Shown piece after piece: positions 46,900 through 57,004 of a DNA stretch of 64,000 nucleotides. The stretch lies in the NCBI GenBank assembly GCA_965207065.1, contig OZ242260.1, positions 608,001 to 672,000 on the forward strand, in the 5' to 3' direction. A program made the position numbers and the translations under genes. The notes beneath the pieces are model-generated. The model was not told the origin of the DNA. It searched no databases and saw only the letters and a list, made by a program, of their open reading frames with translations. Position 1 is the stretch's first letter; every line of letters starts with the position of its first letter. Source of the DNA: a bacterium. Its GTDB lineage: Bacteria > UBA8248.

Positions 46900-47682
46900 A
46901 TGCCGCACATCAACGTATCGGGAGTCGACCTCCACTACGTCGACGAGGGCGCGGGAAAACCCGTATTTTTTCTTCACGGGAACGCGGGTTCGGGCCGCGT
47001 GTGGCGCAAAATCACGCCCGAATTCAGGAAACGCTACCGCGTGTTCGCGCACGATCGCCAGGGGTTCGGTGACTCTGAGAAAAAGGAAACCGGCGATTTC
47101 TCACCGCGCGGATTCGCCGGGGAACTGGCGCGCCTGATGGATGCCCTGGGCGTCGAGAAAGCACACGTATGCGGGCTGTCCATGGGCGGCATGATCGCCC
47201 AGTGCTTCGCTCTCGATTACCCCGAGCGGGTGGACGGGCTGGTGCTCGTGGGGACCATGCCCGACCGGACGGGGCGCAACGTTCCCGAGACGCTGGCCGA
47301 ACTCGAGCGAGACGGATGGCCTGCCGTCGCAGATCGTCTCATCCACCACTGGTTCCGGCCGGGCAGCGATGAGGCGGACATCGCCGAGGCGTATGAAATT
47401 GCGCTCCAGTCGCCGCAAAAATTTCGCGAACTCACCGTTACCGCGCTCGGGACGTTCGACATCAAGGCGGAACTCCCCGACATCAAGGCGCCGACGCTGA
47501 TTCTGAACGGCGAGGCGGACGTCACCAACGTGATGGGCCACGCGGAAATCATGAACGAGGGGATTCCGGGTTCGCGCCTCGTCAGGATTTCCGACTGCGG
47601 ACACCTGATCCCGATAGAAAGACCCGAGGCGTTCTGCCGGCACACGCTCGGGTTCCTGGCGGAGGTCGATGCCGCGCCTTAA
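46900..47682 (+). CDS. Alpha/beta hydrolase (3-oxoadipate enol-lactonase-like)
   Basis: 'FLHG', 'DRQGFGDS', 'GLSMGG', 'GEAD', 'CGHL'. Confidence 0.85.
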   Translation: MPHINVSGVDLHYVDEGAGKPVFFLHGNAGSGRVWRKITPEFRKRYRVFAHDRQGFGDSEKKETGDFSPRGFAGELARLMDALGVEKAHVCGLSMGGMIAQCFALDYPERVDGLVLVGTMPDRTGRNVPETLAELERDGWPAVADRLIHHWFRPGSDEADIAEAYEIALQSPQKFRELTVTALGTFDIKAELPDIKAPTLILNGEADVTNVMGHAEIMNEGIPGSRLVRISDCGHLIPIERPEAFCRHTLGFLAEVDAAP

Positions 47683-47752
47683 CAGAAACGGCGTGTCCTG
47701 AAATTTCGCTTCGGGCAACTCGTCCCTGTCTATTCTCGCGGGGGAAGCGCAC

Positions 47753-48193
47753 GTGTTCGAAAACCATGACAGAGTCGCCTCCGTTATCTTCTTCGTCGTA
47801 ACGACTTTCCTCTATTTCCACGCCGGGAGTTTCCCGGAAGAAGCGGCCTTCTACCCGCGGATGGTCATCGGGTTGATGGTCATTCTCTCCGTACTCATGT
47901 TCATAAAGTCCTGGCTCAAATCAGGCCGTAGCAGGACCTTCGAGCCGTTCTTCATTCACCACAAGCGGTTTTTTCTGAGCGCCCTCCTGGCGCTGGGCTA
48001 CATTGCAGGCGTGCAGTATCTCGGCTACTACAGCGCCTCGCTGATTTTCATCCCCACAGCTGCCTGGGCGCTGGGCTACCGGAACAGGTTCGTCATGGCG
48101 GCGACCACGGTCTGTTATCTCCTGTTCATCTTCGTGGTATTCGACCAGCTTTTCGACCGACCGCTCACGCAGGAATTTTTCCTGCGCCACTAA
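47753..48193 (+). CDS. TTT-family small permease (TctB)
   Basis: Four TM helices, 'FYPR', C-terminal 'VF..LF..PL'; lies between the tctC-like and tctA-like genes. Confidence 0.8.
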   Translation: MFENHDRVASVIFFVVTTFLYFHAGSFPEEAAFYPRMVIGLMVILSVLMFIKSWLKSGRSRTFEPFFIHHKRFFLSALLALGYIAGVQYLGYYSASLIFIPTAAWALGYRNRFVMAATTVCYLLFIFVVFDQLFDRPLTQEFFLRH

Positions 48194-48261
48194 AAGGGAG
48201 TGCGTAACATCGTGACTGGACACCGATTTGTTCCCAAACTCCAAGCCCCGGGAATGAAACC

Positions 48262-49788
48262 TTGATAGAGCCTTTCTACAATTCCCTTTGGGTCATCCTC
48301 GAGTGGCAGAACATTCTCGCCATGGTCGTGGGGGTGATCGGCGGCATCATTTTCGGCGCCATTCCGGGGCTGACGGCTACGATGGGCATCGCCCTCCTCA
48401 TCCCGCTTACCTTCGGCATGTCGCCGCTCATGGCGCTGGGGATGATGGCCGGCATCCACAACGGCGGATCATACGGCGGCGCCATTCCCGCCGTCCTGCT
48501 GCGCATTCCGGGCACGCCGGGCGCCATCGCCACCACGTTCGACGGCTACCCGATGGCCCAGCAGGGTCTCGCCGAACGGGCGCTCAAGATCGCCTGCGTC
48601 TCCTCGGCGGTGGGAGGCATGGTCAGCGCCGTTTCGCTGATGACGCTCTCCCCGCCGCTCGCGGATTTCGCCCTGGCCTTCGGCCCGCCTGAAATCTTCT
48701 GGATCAGCCTGTTCGGCCTCTCCAGCATCGCCGTGCTGCTGGGTTCGGACCCCATCAAGGGCCTCATGGCCTCTTGCGTCGGACTGCTGCTAGGCATGGT
48801 GGGCTTAGACCACGTGACCGGCTATGAGCGCTTCACCTTCGACACCCTGGAGCTTTCGGGTGGGCTGCAACTCATCGTCATCATGGTCGGAGTGTATGCG
48901 CTGCCGCCGGCGTTTCAGATGGCCGAGCGCGCCGTCATGACCGGCGTCAAATCCAAGGACCTCGAATTCGAGGGTAGATCCGACATGGCGAACTGGCCGT
49001 GGGCGCAAATTTTTCCCGCCTGGGTCCGTGCGAACGTCATCGGGATCATCATCGGGATTCTTCCAGGGGTCGGAGGCGTCGTCGGCGCATTTGTCGCCTA
49101 CAACGAAACCAAACGCTCATCGAAAGACCCGGAGAGCTTCGGGAAGGGAAACCCCGTGGGCGTCGCCGTGGCCGAATGCGCCAACAACGCGGACAACGCC
49201 GCCGCCATGATCCCCGCGCTCACGCTGGGGGTTCCCGGCAGCGGGCTGGCCGCCCTGATACTGGCGGGCCTGCTCATCCACGGACTCGAACCCGGCCCGC
49301 GCCTGTTCAAGGAAGCGCCCGACGTGGTCTACGGCTACATGTGGGCGATGCTGTTCACCTCCGCGTCCCTGTTCGTGTTCGGCGGCATCATCGCGACGAA
49401 GCTTTTCGCCAACATCCTTCGCCTGGCGCAGGTGCAACTGATGCCGCTCATCATCGCGCTGACGGTGGTGGGCATCTATTCGTTCGAGAACAGCATCTTC
49501 AACGTCTACCTGATGCTGGGGTTCGGCCTGTTCGGCTACTCGCTGGAGCGGCTGAAGTTCCCCATCGCGCCGCTTATTCTCGGCCTCATCCTGGGGCCAA
49601 AAGTCGAGTTCAACCTCAGGGTCGCGCTCCGGTTGTCGCAGGATGACTGGTCGATCCTGTGGACCCGGCCGATCAGCATCGTCCTCATCATATTGACCGC
49701 GCTCGTGCTCTTGTATCCGGTGATTTCCGCCCTCCTACGCCGGAACAAGGACAGGCCGGAAGAGGAGTTCGCCGTGGGGGAGGAATGA
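48262..49788 (+). CDS. TTT-family large permease (TctA)
   Basis: 'GAIPGL', 'GGAIPAVLLRIPGTP', 'TTFDGYPMA', 'ECANNA', 'LTLGVPG'. Confidence 0.92.
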   Translation: MIEPFYNSLWVILEWQNILAMVVGVIGGIIFGAIPGLTATMGIALLIPLTFGMSPLMALGMMAGIHNGGSYGGAIPAVLLRIPGTPGAIATTFDGYPMAQQGLAERALKIACVSSAVGGMVSAVSLMTLSPPLADFALAFGPPEIFWISLFGLSSIAVLLGSDPIKGLMASCVGLLLGMVGLDHVTGYERFTFDTLELSGGLQLIVIMVGVYALPPAFQMAERAVMTGVKSKDLEFEGRSDMANWPWAQIFPAWVRANVIGIIIGILPGVGGVVGAFVAYNETKRSSKDPESFGKGNPVGVAVAECANNADNAAAMIPALTLGVPGSGLAALILAGLLIHGLEPGPRLFKEAPDVVYGYMWAMLFTSASLFVFGGIIATKLFANILRLAQVQLMPLIIALTVVGIYSFENSIFNVYLMLGFGLFGYSLERLKFPIAPLILGLILGPKVEFNLRVALRLSQDDWSILWTRPISIVLIILTALVLLYPVISALLRRNKDRPEEEFAVGEE

Positions 49789-49791
49789 TCT

Positions 49792-50144
49792 GGGCTGTTG
49801 AAAAAGCCCCCTGACGAAGGGGTGAAAGAAAAGCCCTCGTCGGTCGGTGTTGCGGTTGTCCTTTTGCAGGATGGTTCGAATCGGGACAGGCACGGAGGCC
49901 TGTCCTTACGGGGCGGCGCCTCCTCGGTCGGTTGGATTGCCCTCTTACCTGCATGAAAACCAACCCCCCCTACCCCCCCTTGTCAGGGGTCAAACGCGCG
50001 TGAGGAACGAGCGTTTGCATAAGCCATTGGCGGGAAACGCATCGGCTTGCAATTCCTCCCTCCTCGGTCGGAATTGACCCCTGACAACGGGGGGTAGGGG
50101 GGGTTGCCTTTGTCCTCTGGCAACGCGGTCTTTTTCAACAACCC
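49792..50144. mobile_element. MITE-like non-autonomous element
   Basis: Imperfect terminal inverted repeats GGGCTGTTGAAAAAG / CTTTTTCAACAACCC; internal inverted pair 49961-49993 / 50074-50106 of the CCCCCCCTACCCCCCCTTGTCAGGGG motif; REP hairpin at 49884-49909; no transposase. Confidence 0.6.
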
Positions 50145-50158
50145 TGAACGGCGCGGGA

Positions 50159-50187
50159 TTGACCCGTAAAATTTTTGTTTGTATAAG
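50159..50187 (+). promoter_or_regulatory. Sigma70-like promoter for the TRAP operon
   Basis: TTGACC-17 bp-TATAAG in an AT-rich patch. Confidence 0.45.
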
Positions 50188-50461
50188 ATTTACATACTTT
50201 TCATTCAGAGCGAGGCGTTTTACCCGGGTTTCAGGAAGGCCGGATTCCCGATGACGAGGATTTCTTGGAGTCCCTGCGTTTCGCGTCGGAAAACCCGGGA
50301 TCGAAACGATGTCTCCCGAACCGCACCAGCGGCCAACCGTCCATGAGAATCTTATTGAGGAACCGCCAGATACGAAGTAATTGAAAATTTCAGAACCCGG
50401 GAAAAAGGAATTTTGGAGATTCCACTTCCGGTAAATACACAGACCACCAGAGGCGAAGCCG

Positions 50462-52384
50462 ATGCAGGATAGAGCCGAGGGAATAGGGTCTCAACACAGG
50501 AGCCTCTCCGGGCCTCTGGCGAAGATCATATTCGCCTTCGGGGCGCTGAGCACCGCCTATCACCTCTACGTTCTCATGGTCCAGCCGATCCAGCCCTGGA
50601 TATTGCGATCTTTTCACCTGACGGCAGCCGGAATCCTCGTTTTCGCGCTCATCCCCTGGAGAGCCGACAAGAAAAACGAAGGCCCCAACCTCCTCGATTA
50701 TTCCCTCGCCTTTCTCCTCGTCACGACGACCATCTTCCTCATCGTCGACTTCGACGAGATGCTCTACCGGGTCGGCGTCGACCCCAACCTATACGACGTC
50801 GTTTTCGCCACCATCACGTTCCTCGTCATCCTGGAGATGGGACGCCGCCTGCAGGGATACGTGCTACCGATCCTCGCCCTCGTATGCCTGGCCTATGCGC
50901 TATGGGGCGACTATCTCCCCGGTCTTTGGGGGCACAGGGGCTATCCATTCCCGCGCACCATCACGTATCTCTTCAGTCTGGAGGGAATTTTCGGACCTCC
51001 GCTGGCAGCCTCCTCCACCTTCATCATCCTCTTCATCCTCTTCGGCTCCGCTCTTCAGAGTTCGGGCGCGGGGCGGCTGTTCATCGACACGTCTTTGGCC
51101 ATCGCAGGCGGGGCGAGGGGCGGGCCGGCCAAGGTGGCGGTCTTCGCCAGCAGCCTTTTCGGCACCATGTCCGGCAGTTCGGTGACGAACGTGGTGACGA
51201 CCGGCACCTTCACCATCCCCCTGATGAAGAGCATCGGCTATCGACCCGCCTTCGCGGGCGCCGTCGAAACCGTCGCCTCCACCGGCGGGCAGCTCATGCC
51301 TCCCGTCATGGGAGTCACGGCGTTCGTGATGGCCGAGGTGACCGGCATCCCCTATCTCAAAATCGCCGCGGCGGGCCTCATACCGGCCATACTGTTCTAC
51401 GTGGCGGTCTATTTCATGATCGGCATCGAGGCGAAAAACCTCGGCTTAAGCGGTCTGCCCAGGAGTGAACTCCCCCGATTGTGGGACGTCTTAAAACAGA
51501 ACGGACACCTGCTTCTGCCCATATTCGTCCTCATCTACTTCCTGGTATACGTGCGGGTTTCGCCGATGAAATCCGCCTTTTACGCCATCGGCGCGGCGGT
51601 AATCGCCAGCTGGTTCCGGCAGGAAACGCGCATGGGAGCCAAAAGGGTGACCGAGGCGCTCTACCGGACAATGGAAGGCGCCATCCACGTCGCGACACCC
51701 AGCGCCCTGGCGGGCGTGGTCGTGGGCGTTTTGTCTCTCACGGGGCTGGGGCTCAAAGTCACGGATCTGCTGCTTTCCTACGTGGGCGAGAGCAAAATGC
51801 TGGGACTCCTCGCCGTCATGCTGGTTTCCATCGTCCTGGGGATGGGCGTACCTACGGTCGCCGCCTACCTCGTCGCCGCCGCCGCGGCAGGCCCCGCTCT
51901 CGTGAAACTGGGGTTTCCGCTCTTGAGCGCGCACATGTTCATTTTCTACTACGCTGTCCTGGCCACCATGACCCCGCCCGTCGCGGCTTCGGCGTTCGCC
52001 GCGGGCGCGCTCGCAGGCGCCCACCCCATGCAGGTCGGCTTCATGGCAGTGCGGCTCGGAATCGCCGCCTACATCGTCCCGTTCCTGTTCGTCTACGGGG
52101 ACTCTCTCCTGATGCAAGGTTCCTGGGGAGGGATCGGGATGGCGGTTGGAACGGCGCTTTTCGGCGTCTACGCCCTGGCGAGGTGCGTCATCGATCAGGG
52201 AATTTCCCTGTGGCGCAGGGCGGTTCTGGGAGTGGCGGCCCTGCTGCTGATCCTCACCGGCGGCCTGACGGACTTAATCGGCCTCGTCGTGCTTGGCCTG
52301 GGGCTGGGGGGCGACCTTCTCGCCTGGCTCCGGAGAATTCGTGAGAATAAGCAAAAAGAGGATGTGACCGAAGAAAGCTCATAA
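50462..52384 (+). CDS. TRAP transporter fused 4TM/12TM permease
   Basis: 'GGPAKVAV', 'GTMSGSS..NV..TG.FTIPLM', 'STGGQLMPPVMG', 'TPPVA'. Confidence 0.92.
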   Translation: MQDRAEGIGSQHRSLSGPLAKIIFAFGALSTAYHLYVLMVQPIQPWILRSFHLTAAGILVFALIPWRADKKNEGPNLLDYSLAFLLVTTTIFLIVDFDEMLYRVGVDPNLYDVVFATITFLVILEMGRRLQGYVLPILALVCLAYALWGDYLPGLWGHRGYPFPRTITYLFSLEGIFGPPLAASSTFIILFILFGSALQSSGAGRLFIDTSLAIAGGARGGPAKVAVFASSLFGTMSGSSVTNVVTTGTFTIPLMKSIGYRPAFAGAVETVASTGGQLMPPVMGVTAFVMAEVTGIPYLKIAAAGLIPAILFYVAVYFMIGIEAKNLGLSGLPRSELPRLWDVLKQNGHLLLPIFVLIYFLVYVRVSPMKSAFYAIGAAVIASWFRQETRMGAKRVTEALYRTMEGAIHVATPSALAGVVVGVLSLTGLGLKVTDLLLSYVGESKMLGLLAVMLVSIVLGMGVPTVAAYLVAAAAAGPALVKLGFPLLSAHMFIFYYAVLATMTPPVAASAFAAGALAGAHPMQVGFMAVRLGIAAYIVPFLFVYGDSLLMQGSWGGIGMAVGTALFGVYALARCVIDQGISLWRRAVLGVAALLLILTGGLTDLIGLVVLGLGLGGDLLAWLRRIRENKQKEDVTEESS

Positions 52385-52441
52385 ACATGGCCTTTTACGT
52401 GAACATTGCAAGCTTCAAATCTCACTCAAAGGAGAAAGACC

Positions 52442-53449
52442 ATGAATTTCCCCGGAAAACAGATTAAACCCATGGTTTTTGCGATTATCGCCGCTTTCGC
52501 CCTCGGGGTCTGGCTGTCCGCTCCCGCCGAGGGGGCGAGAAAAGACTGGCCCAAACGCATCACCATCGGCGGCGGGCCGCTTCAGGGAACCATCCAGTTC
52601 CAGGCGCTGGGCTGGTCCAGCGTGCTGAACAAGGTTCTCAAGCTCAACTCCTCGGTGGAGTCCACCGCGGGCGCGACGGTGAACGCCAGGCTCATCAGCC
52701 AGGGCAGGCAGGACTTCGGCTTCGGCACGAGTTCGAGCATCTCCGACGCCGCCTTTTTCGGCAGAGGGTTCGCCAAGGGCAAACGCTACAAGAACCTCCG
52801 CATCATGTCGCCGGTGGACAGCTCCGGCGTGCAGTTCTGGACCCCGGCGAAAAGCCCCATTATGAAAGCCGAGGACATCCAAGGCAGACGCCTCAATATC
52901 AGCCGTCCGGGCAGCGGCGTGGATCGCTTCGGGCGCAACCTCATGAAGGTGGTCGGCCTCAAGCCCAGTCAGGTCACGAACGTGGGCCACGGCCAGGCGA
53001 ACCGCATGATGCAGGACGGCATACTGGACGTCGCCGCCACGATTGGCGCGCCGCCCCATCCCGCCGTCGCCTCCATTACCTCCCAGCTTCCTTTCCGCGT
53101 GTTCGGACTCGGACACGGGAAGTGGGCGGAGATGATGCTGGCGAAATACCCGTTCTACGTGAAGACCGCCATCGTAGGCGGCATGTACAAGGGGAATCCG
53201 AAGCCCGTCAAGACCATCGGACAAACGAACTGGTTGGGGTCGGGCGCGCACGTGCCGAACGACCTCGTGTATGAAGTGGTAAAGGCGACTTTCGCGAACA
53301 AGAAGGATCTGGTGCTCGCCCACAGGTCATGGGAATCCCTGGACATCAACAAGATGACGAAGGCGAACATACCCGTGCACCCGGGCGCGATTCGCTATTA
53401 CAAGGAGAAGGGCATCAAACTTCCCAAATCGGCCATGATGGCGAAATAA
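52442..53449 (+). CDS. TAXI-family TRAP solute-binding protein
   Basis: Signal peptide, 'ESTAGATVN', 'PGSG', 'PHPAV', 'PVHPGAIRYYKEKG'. Confidence 0.9.
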   Translation: MNFPGKQIKPMVFAIIAAFALGVWLSAPAEGARKDWPKRITIGGGPLQGTIQFQALGWSSVLNKVLKLNSSVESTAGATVNARLISQGRQDFGFGTSSSISDAAFFGRGFAKGKRYKNLRIMSPVDSSGVQFWTPAKSPIMKAEDIQGRRLNISRPGSGVDRFGRNLMKVVGLKPSQVTNVGHGQANRMMQDGILDVAATIGAPPHPAVASITSQLPFRVFGLGHGKWAEMMLAKYPFYVKTAIVGGMYKGNPKPVKTIGQTNWLGSGAHVPNDLVYEVVKATFANKKDLVLAHRSWESLDINKMTKANIPVHPGAIRYYKEKGIKLPKSAMMAK

Positions 53450-53465
53450 AGAGCCGCTTTGGGTC

Positions 53466-53608
53466 GGGGTTGTTGAAAAAGCCCTCGAAGGGGGCATCGC
53501 TTATACCGGGAAGGCCGCTTCCGCATGCCCCCTTCGTCGGAAGCAACCTTCATGGGGTTTCCCCTTCAAGGGGGTTGCCTTTACCCTGTCAGAGGGGTCA
53601 ACAACCCC
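53466..53608. mobile_element. Short MITE-like element, same family as 49792-50144
   Basis: Ends GGGGTTGTTGA / TCAACAACCCC; shares GTTGAAAAAGCCC, GGGTTGCCTTT and TGTCAG-GGGGTCAA with the longer copy. Confidence 0.55.
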
Positions 53609-53758
53609 CGGTGCGGAGAGATTTTTAGGGCAATCGAGAGGCGGCATCTCATCTTTGATGAAGGTGCGGGCCGCGTGAGTGAAAACCTGATTCGATGCCG
53701 ACACCAAATCGGGCATCCACAGTAACGGACGCAGGACTGCGTCGGAAAGGCATGGAAC

Positions 53759-55954
53759 GTGCGTCTCCCGGATTGGACGATACAGAGCTGGACGGATGAA
53801 TTGGGCTTCGCCGAGGTGGCGCCCGCCGCCGACGCGGTGGCCGGTGAACTCGGCACATGGCGAATCCGCTACAAGGTGGGTCGCTGGGGGATAGACGAGC
53901 GCGGCTCCATCAAGGTCGCCTTCCGGCAGGTCAGCAACTGGGGCACGCCGCAATTCGATGACCCCGAAGGGGAGAACTACACCACGGTCAGGCTCCATTC
54001 CGAGTCCGAAGCGGTGCTCGCGCCCAGATTCGAGAGGAGAGGATACATCCGCCACTGGCGCCAGGCTTTGACGGTCGACGTTCTGGACGGGTGTCTCTGG
54101 GAGGGCGACAGCATCGATATCACGCTGGGGGATACAAGCGGGGGCGGGCCGGGCCTGCGCGCGCAGACCTTCAGCGAGAGTAATTTCGAGTTCAAGATGT
54201 TCATCGATCCCTTCGGCGCGGGAAACTTTCAGCCCCTGCCCGCTTCGCCGACGCTCCGCATCAAGGGAGGAGAAGCGCGCCGCCTGGTCGCGATCATGAC
54301 TTCAGAGGCCGCCGTCGGCGAAAAGGGATGGCTGCTCGTGAAGGCGGAAGATCGGCACGGCAACATCGCGGAAGGCTGCTCGGAGGAGATTTCTCTCGAA
54401 GCCGAGGGCACGAACCTGGGCCTTCCCGAGGGTCTGCGCTTTGGTGGAGACGGAATCGCGCTGCTGCGGACGGAAGAAATTTCTTTCGAGAGCGAGGGCG
54501 TGGCCCGCGTGCGCGTGAGGGACGGGGCGGGACGCGAGGCGCTCAGCAACCCTGTCGTGGTGCGCGAGCGGATAGAGGGCCCTCGTCTCCACTGGGGGGA
54601 TTTCCACGGGGGCCAGACCGCGGGCACGGTGGGCGTCAACAGTTTTGAGGAATTCTACCGCTTCGCGCGGGACGCGGGCGCGCTCGAGTTCACCACCCAC
54701 CAGGGAAACTGTTTCGAGGTGACGAACGAGGACATGGTTGAGTTGAAAGAGCTGACCCGCGCTTTCCACGAGCCGGGCCGCTTCGTGCCGTTCCTCGGTT
54801 ATGAATGGTCAGGCACGACGCCGATGGGCGGGGATCACGCCATATTCTTCTTCGATGAGGACAACGCTATCCACCGCTGCTCCCATTGGCTGCAAACCGA
54901 CCTCTCAGACGTCGATACCGATCGCGATCACATCACAAAGCTCCATGCGCAACTGCGCGGCGGGGGCGCGATGAGCCTCCCCCACGTGGGCGGGCGTCCG
55001 GCCAACCTGGAATTTCACGACCCCGAACTCGAACCCGTCATCGAGATCCACTCCAAGCACGGCATGTTCGAGTGGATGCTGGAAGAATCCATCGAGCGGA
55101 ACATGAAGGTGGGCTTCGTCGGCGGGAGCGACGATCACTACGGGCAGCCCGGCGCCTGCTACCCGAGTGAGGACGTGAACCATTTCGCCGCCCGCAACGG
55201 CCTGACGGCGCTTTACGCCGGTGATCTGACGCGGGAATCCATCTGGGCCGACATCAAGGCGCGCCGCTGCTACGCCACGAGCGGCGAGCGGATTTACCTG
55301 CGCTTCACCGTGAACGACCGCTGGATGGGCGAGGAGATCGATACGGCCGGAGCGCCCCGTATCTCGGTCGAAGCCGTGGGGACGGCCCCCATCGAGCGAA
55401 TCGAGTTGTATCGCGGCATGACGCGCATCCATACCGAGAAAATCGCACGGGACCAGGAGAGCAACCGGCTGCGCGTCCTGTTCTCGGGAGCGCGCGTGCG
55501 CGGACGGGGGCGCTCGACCTTGTGGGACGGGCGCCTGGACTTGAGGGAGGCGCGAATCCTCGAAGTCGAGCCCGTCGCCTTTGTAGATAACCGCGACCGC
55601 TTTCTCGAAAGCACGGAATCCGGGGTCTCGTGGAGCCTCTATACCGCGGGAGATTCCAGGGGGTTCAACCTCGAACTGGACGGCGAGGCGGGCGATATGA
55701 AGATCAGCACGGAACACGCGGCGCTTCAGGGGAGAATCCGGGATTTGCTCGAAGAAGCAGCCATGGTGGACGCCGGGAGGCTCGGCCAGCGGATGGAAGT
55801 CGGGAGAAGCCCGGCGACGGACGGCCCCTGGGAGGCCCGCTTCGAGCATACGGATCACGATGCTTCACCCGGCCTCAACACGTATTGGGTACGGGTGATT
55901 CAGGTCGATCAGGAAAAAGCCTGGAGCAGCCCCGTCTGGGTGAACCTTGCGTAA
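53759..55954 (+). CDS. DUF3604 (PHP-like metallohydrolase) protein
   Basis: 'WGDFHG', 'FLGYEWSG...GGDH', 'PHVGG', 'EIHSKHG.FEW', 'GFVGGSDDH.GQPG', 'RRCYATSG', 'AWSSPVWV'. Confidence 0.8.
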   Translation: MRLPDWTIQSWTDELGFAEVAPAADAVAGELGTWRIRYKVGRWGIDERGSIKVAFRQVSNWGTPQFDDPEGENYTTVRLHSESEAVLAPRFERRGYIRHWRQALTVDVLDGCLWEGDSIDITLGDTSGGGPGLRAQTFSESNFEFKMFIDPFGAGNFQPLPASPTLRIKGGEARRLVAIMTSEAAVGEKGWLLVKAEDRHGNIAEGCSEEISLEAEGTNLGLPEGLRFGGDGIALLRTEEISFESEGVARVRVRDGAGREALSNPVVVRERIEGPRLHWGDFHGGQTAGTVGVNSFEEFYRFARDAGALEFTTHQGNCFEVTNEDMVELKELTRAFHEPGRFVPFLGYEWSGTTPMGGDHAIFFFDEDNAIHRCSHWLQTDLSDVDTDRDHITKLHAQLRGGGAMSLPHVGGRPANLEFHDPELEPVIEIHSKHGMFEWMLEESIERNMKVGFVGGSDDHYGQPGACYPSEDVNHFAARNGLTALYAGDLTRESIWADIKARRCYATSGERIYLRFTVNDRWMGEEIDTAGAPRISVEAVGTAPIERIELYRGMTRIHTEKIARDQESNRLRVLFSGARVRGRGRSTLWDGRLDLREARILEVEPVAFVDNRDRFLESTESGVSWSLYTAGDSRGFNLELDGEAGDMKISTEHAALQGRIRDLLEEAAMVDAGRLGQRMEVGRSPATDGPWEARFEHTDHDASPGLNTYWVRVIQVDQEKAWSSPVWVNLA

Positions 55955-56043
55955 TCAGATGAGGCTCGCTTAAAGATATCGTCGACCCGAGAGGACCTGA
56001 TATCGGGCGGTTCATAACGCAGGAATCCGGTGAGGAGAACAAC

Positions 56044-56922
56044 ATGTGCACCATAGGCGCCGTTGCGACATCCGACGCAGAAGGAAACCCCGTCGCCTTC
56101 GCGCTCAAGAATTCGGACTACATGCAGGTCGGCCACTGGCACGGCTGCATATCCGGGGGAGCGGGCAATGACTTCATGGGCTTCAACACGGCCTCGCGGC
56201 CCGGCGTGAACTCCGGTATGAACGAAAAGGGTCTGGCCGTCATCCGCTCTTTTCTGGACTACCGGGGGCCTTTCGATGAAAAAGACGAACCCGTAAAAGA
56301 ACAAAAGGACTTCCCGCTCGACGTCGACCGCCGCAGCGCCATCGCCGCAGGTCTCCTGGAAATCTACGAGACCGTCGATGAGACGCTCCCCTACCTGCAC
56401 GACGTCATCCCCAAGCACACGGGCAAGGGCACCGGGCAGCGGGGCGGAAATTTCCTTCTCGCCGACGCGACGGGCAAGGTGGCCGTGCTCGAGCACTGCG
56501 AGGACAGAATCGAATCCCGCGTCTACCCGGCCGGCTGCGCGGCGCGCGGGAACAACGGCCGCCTTATTCTCCTGGAGGAACAAGCCCGCTTGCCCGGACA
56601 CGTTCGCGAGGACAGGGAGACACGCTGTGAATACATGCAGGACACCATGCAGCAGCTTCGCGAATCCATCCCACAGGGGATGAGCAAGGACGAGGCGCTC
56701 GATAGCCTTAAAAGAACGCTCGCCTGGAAGGGACCCGAAGGGGACGGGGGCGTGGGCTCGATCTGCGCGCTTAATCTGCGAGCGCCGGGAGCGCGGACGA
56801 ACAGCGCGCAGCCATGCTCGACCCGCACCGCCGTCATCTTCGACCTGATCGAAAAAAAGATGCACTTCACGCGGGGAAATCCCGACCAATTCCCCTGGGA
56901 GACGATGTGCTTTCCTGCATGA
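56044..56922 (+). CDS. Cys-nucleophile Ntn hydrolase (C45/choloylglycine hydrolase-like)
   Basis: N-terminal M-C-T, 'LKNSD', 'GMNEKGLAV', 'NFLLAD', C-terminal 'FTRGNP'. Confidence 0.75.
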   Translation: MCTIGAVATSDAEGNPVAFALKNSDYMQVGHWHGCISGGAGNDFMGFNTASRPGVNSGMNEKGLAVIRSFLDYRGPFDEKDEPVKEQKDFPLDVDRRSAIAAGLLEIYETVDETLPYLHDVIPKHTGKGTGQRGGNFLLADATGKVAVLEHCEDRIESRVYPAGCAARGNNGRLILLEEQARLPGHVREDRETRCEYMQDTMQQLRESIPQGMSKDEALDSLKRTLAWKGPEGDGGVGSICALNLRAPGARTNSAQPCSTRTAVIFDLIEKKMHFTRGNPDQFPWETMCFPA

Positions 56923-57004
56923 AGGACGTTGAAATTCACCCGTTCAAACCATACCCCGGAAAAAGCGGCCAAAGCGCCGGGGCCGTCTTGAGAGGAAGCT
57001 TTTC

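Noticed and set aside
50223-50299. Riboswitch in the TRAP leader (CCCGGGTTT/AAACCCGGG pairing)
   Set aside because: A single 9-bp pairing with no recognisable aptamer consensus or terminator.
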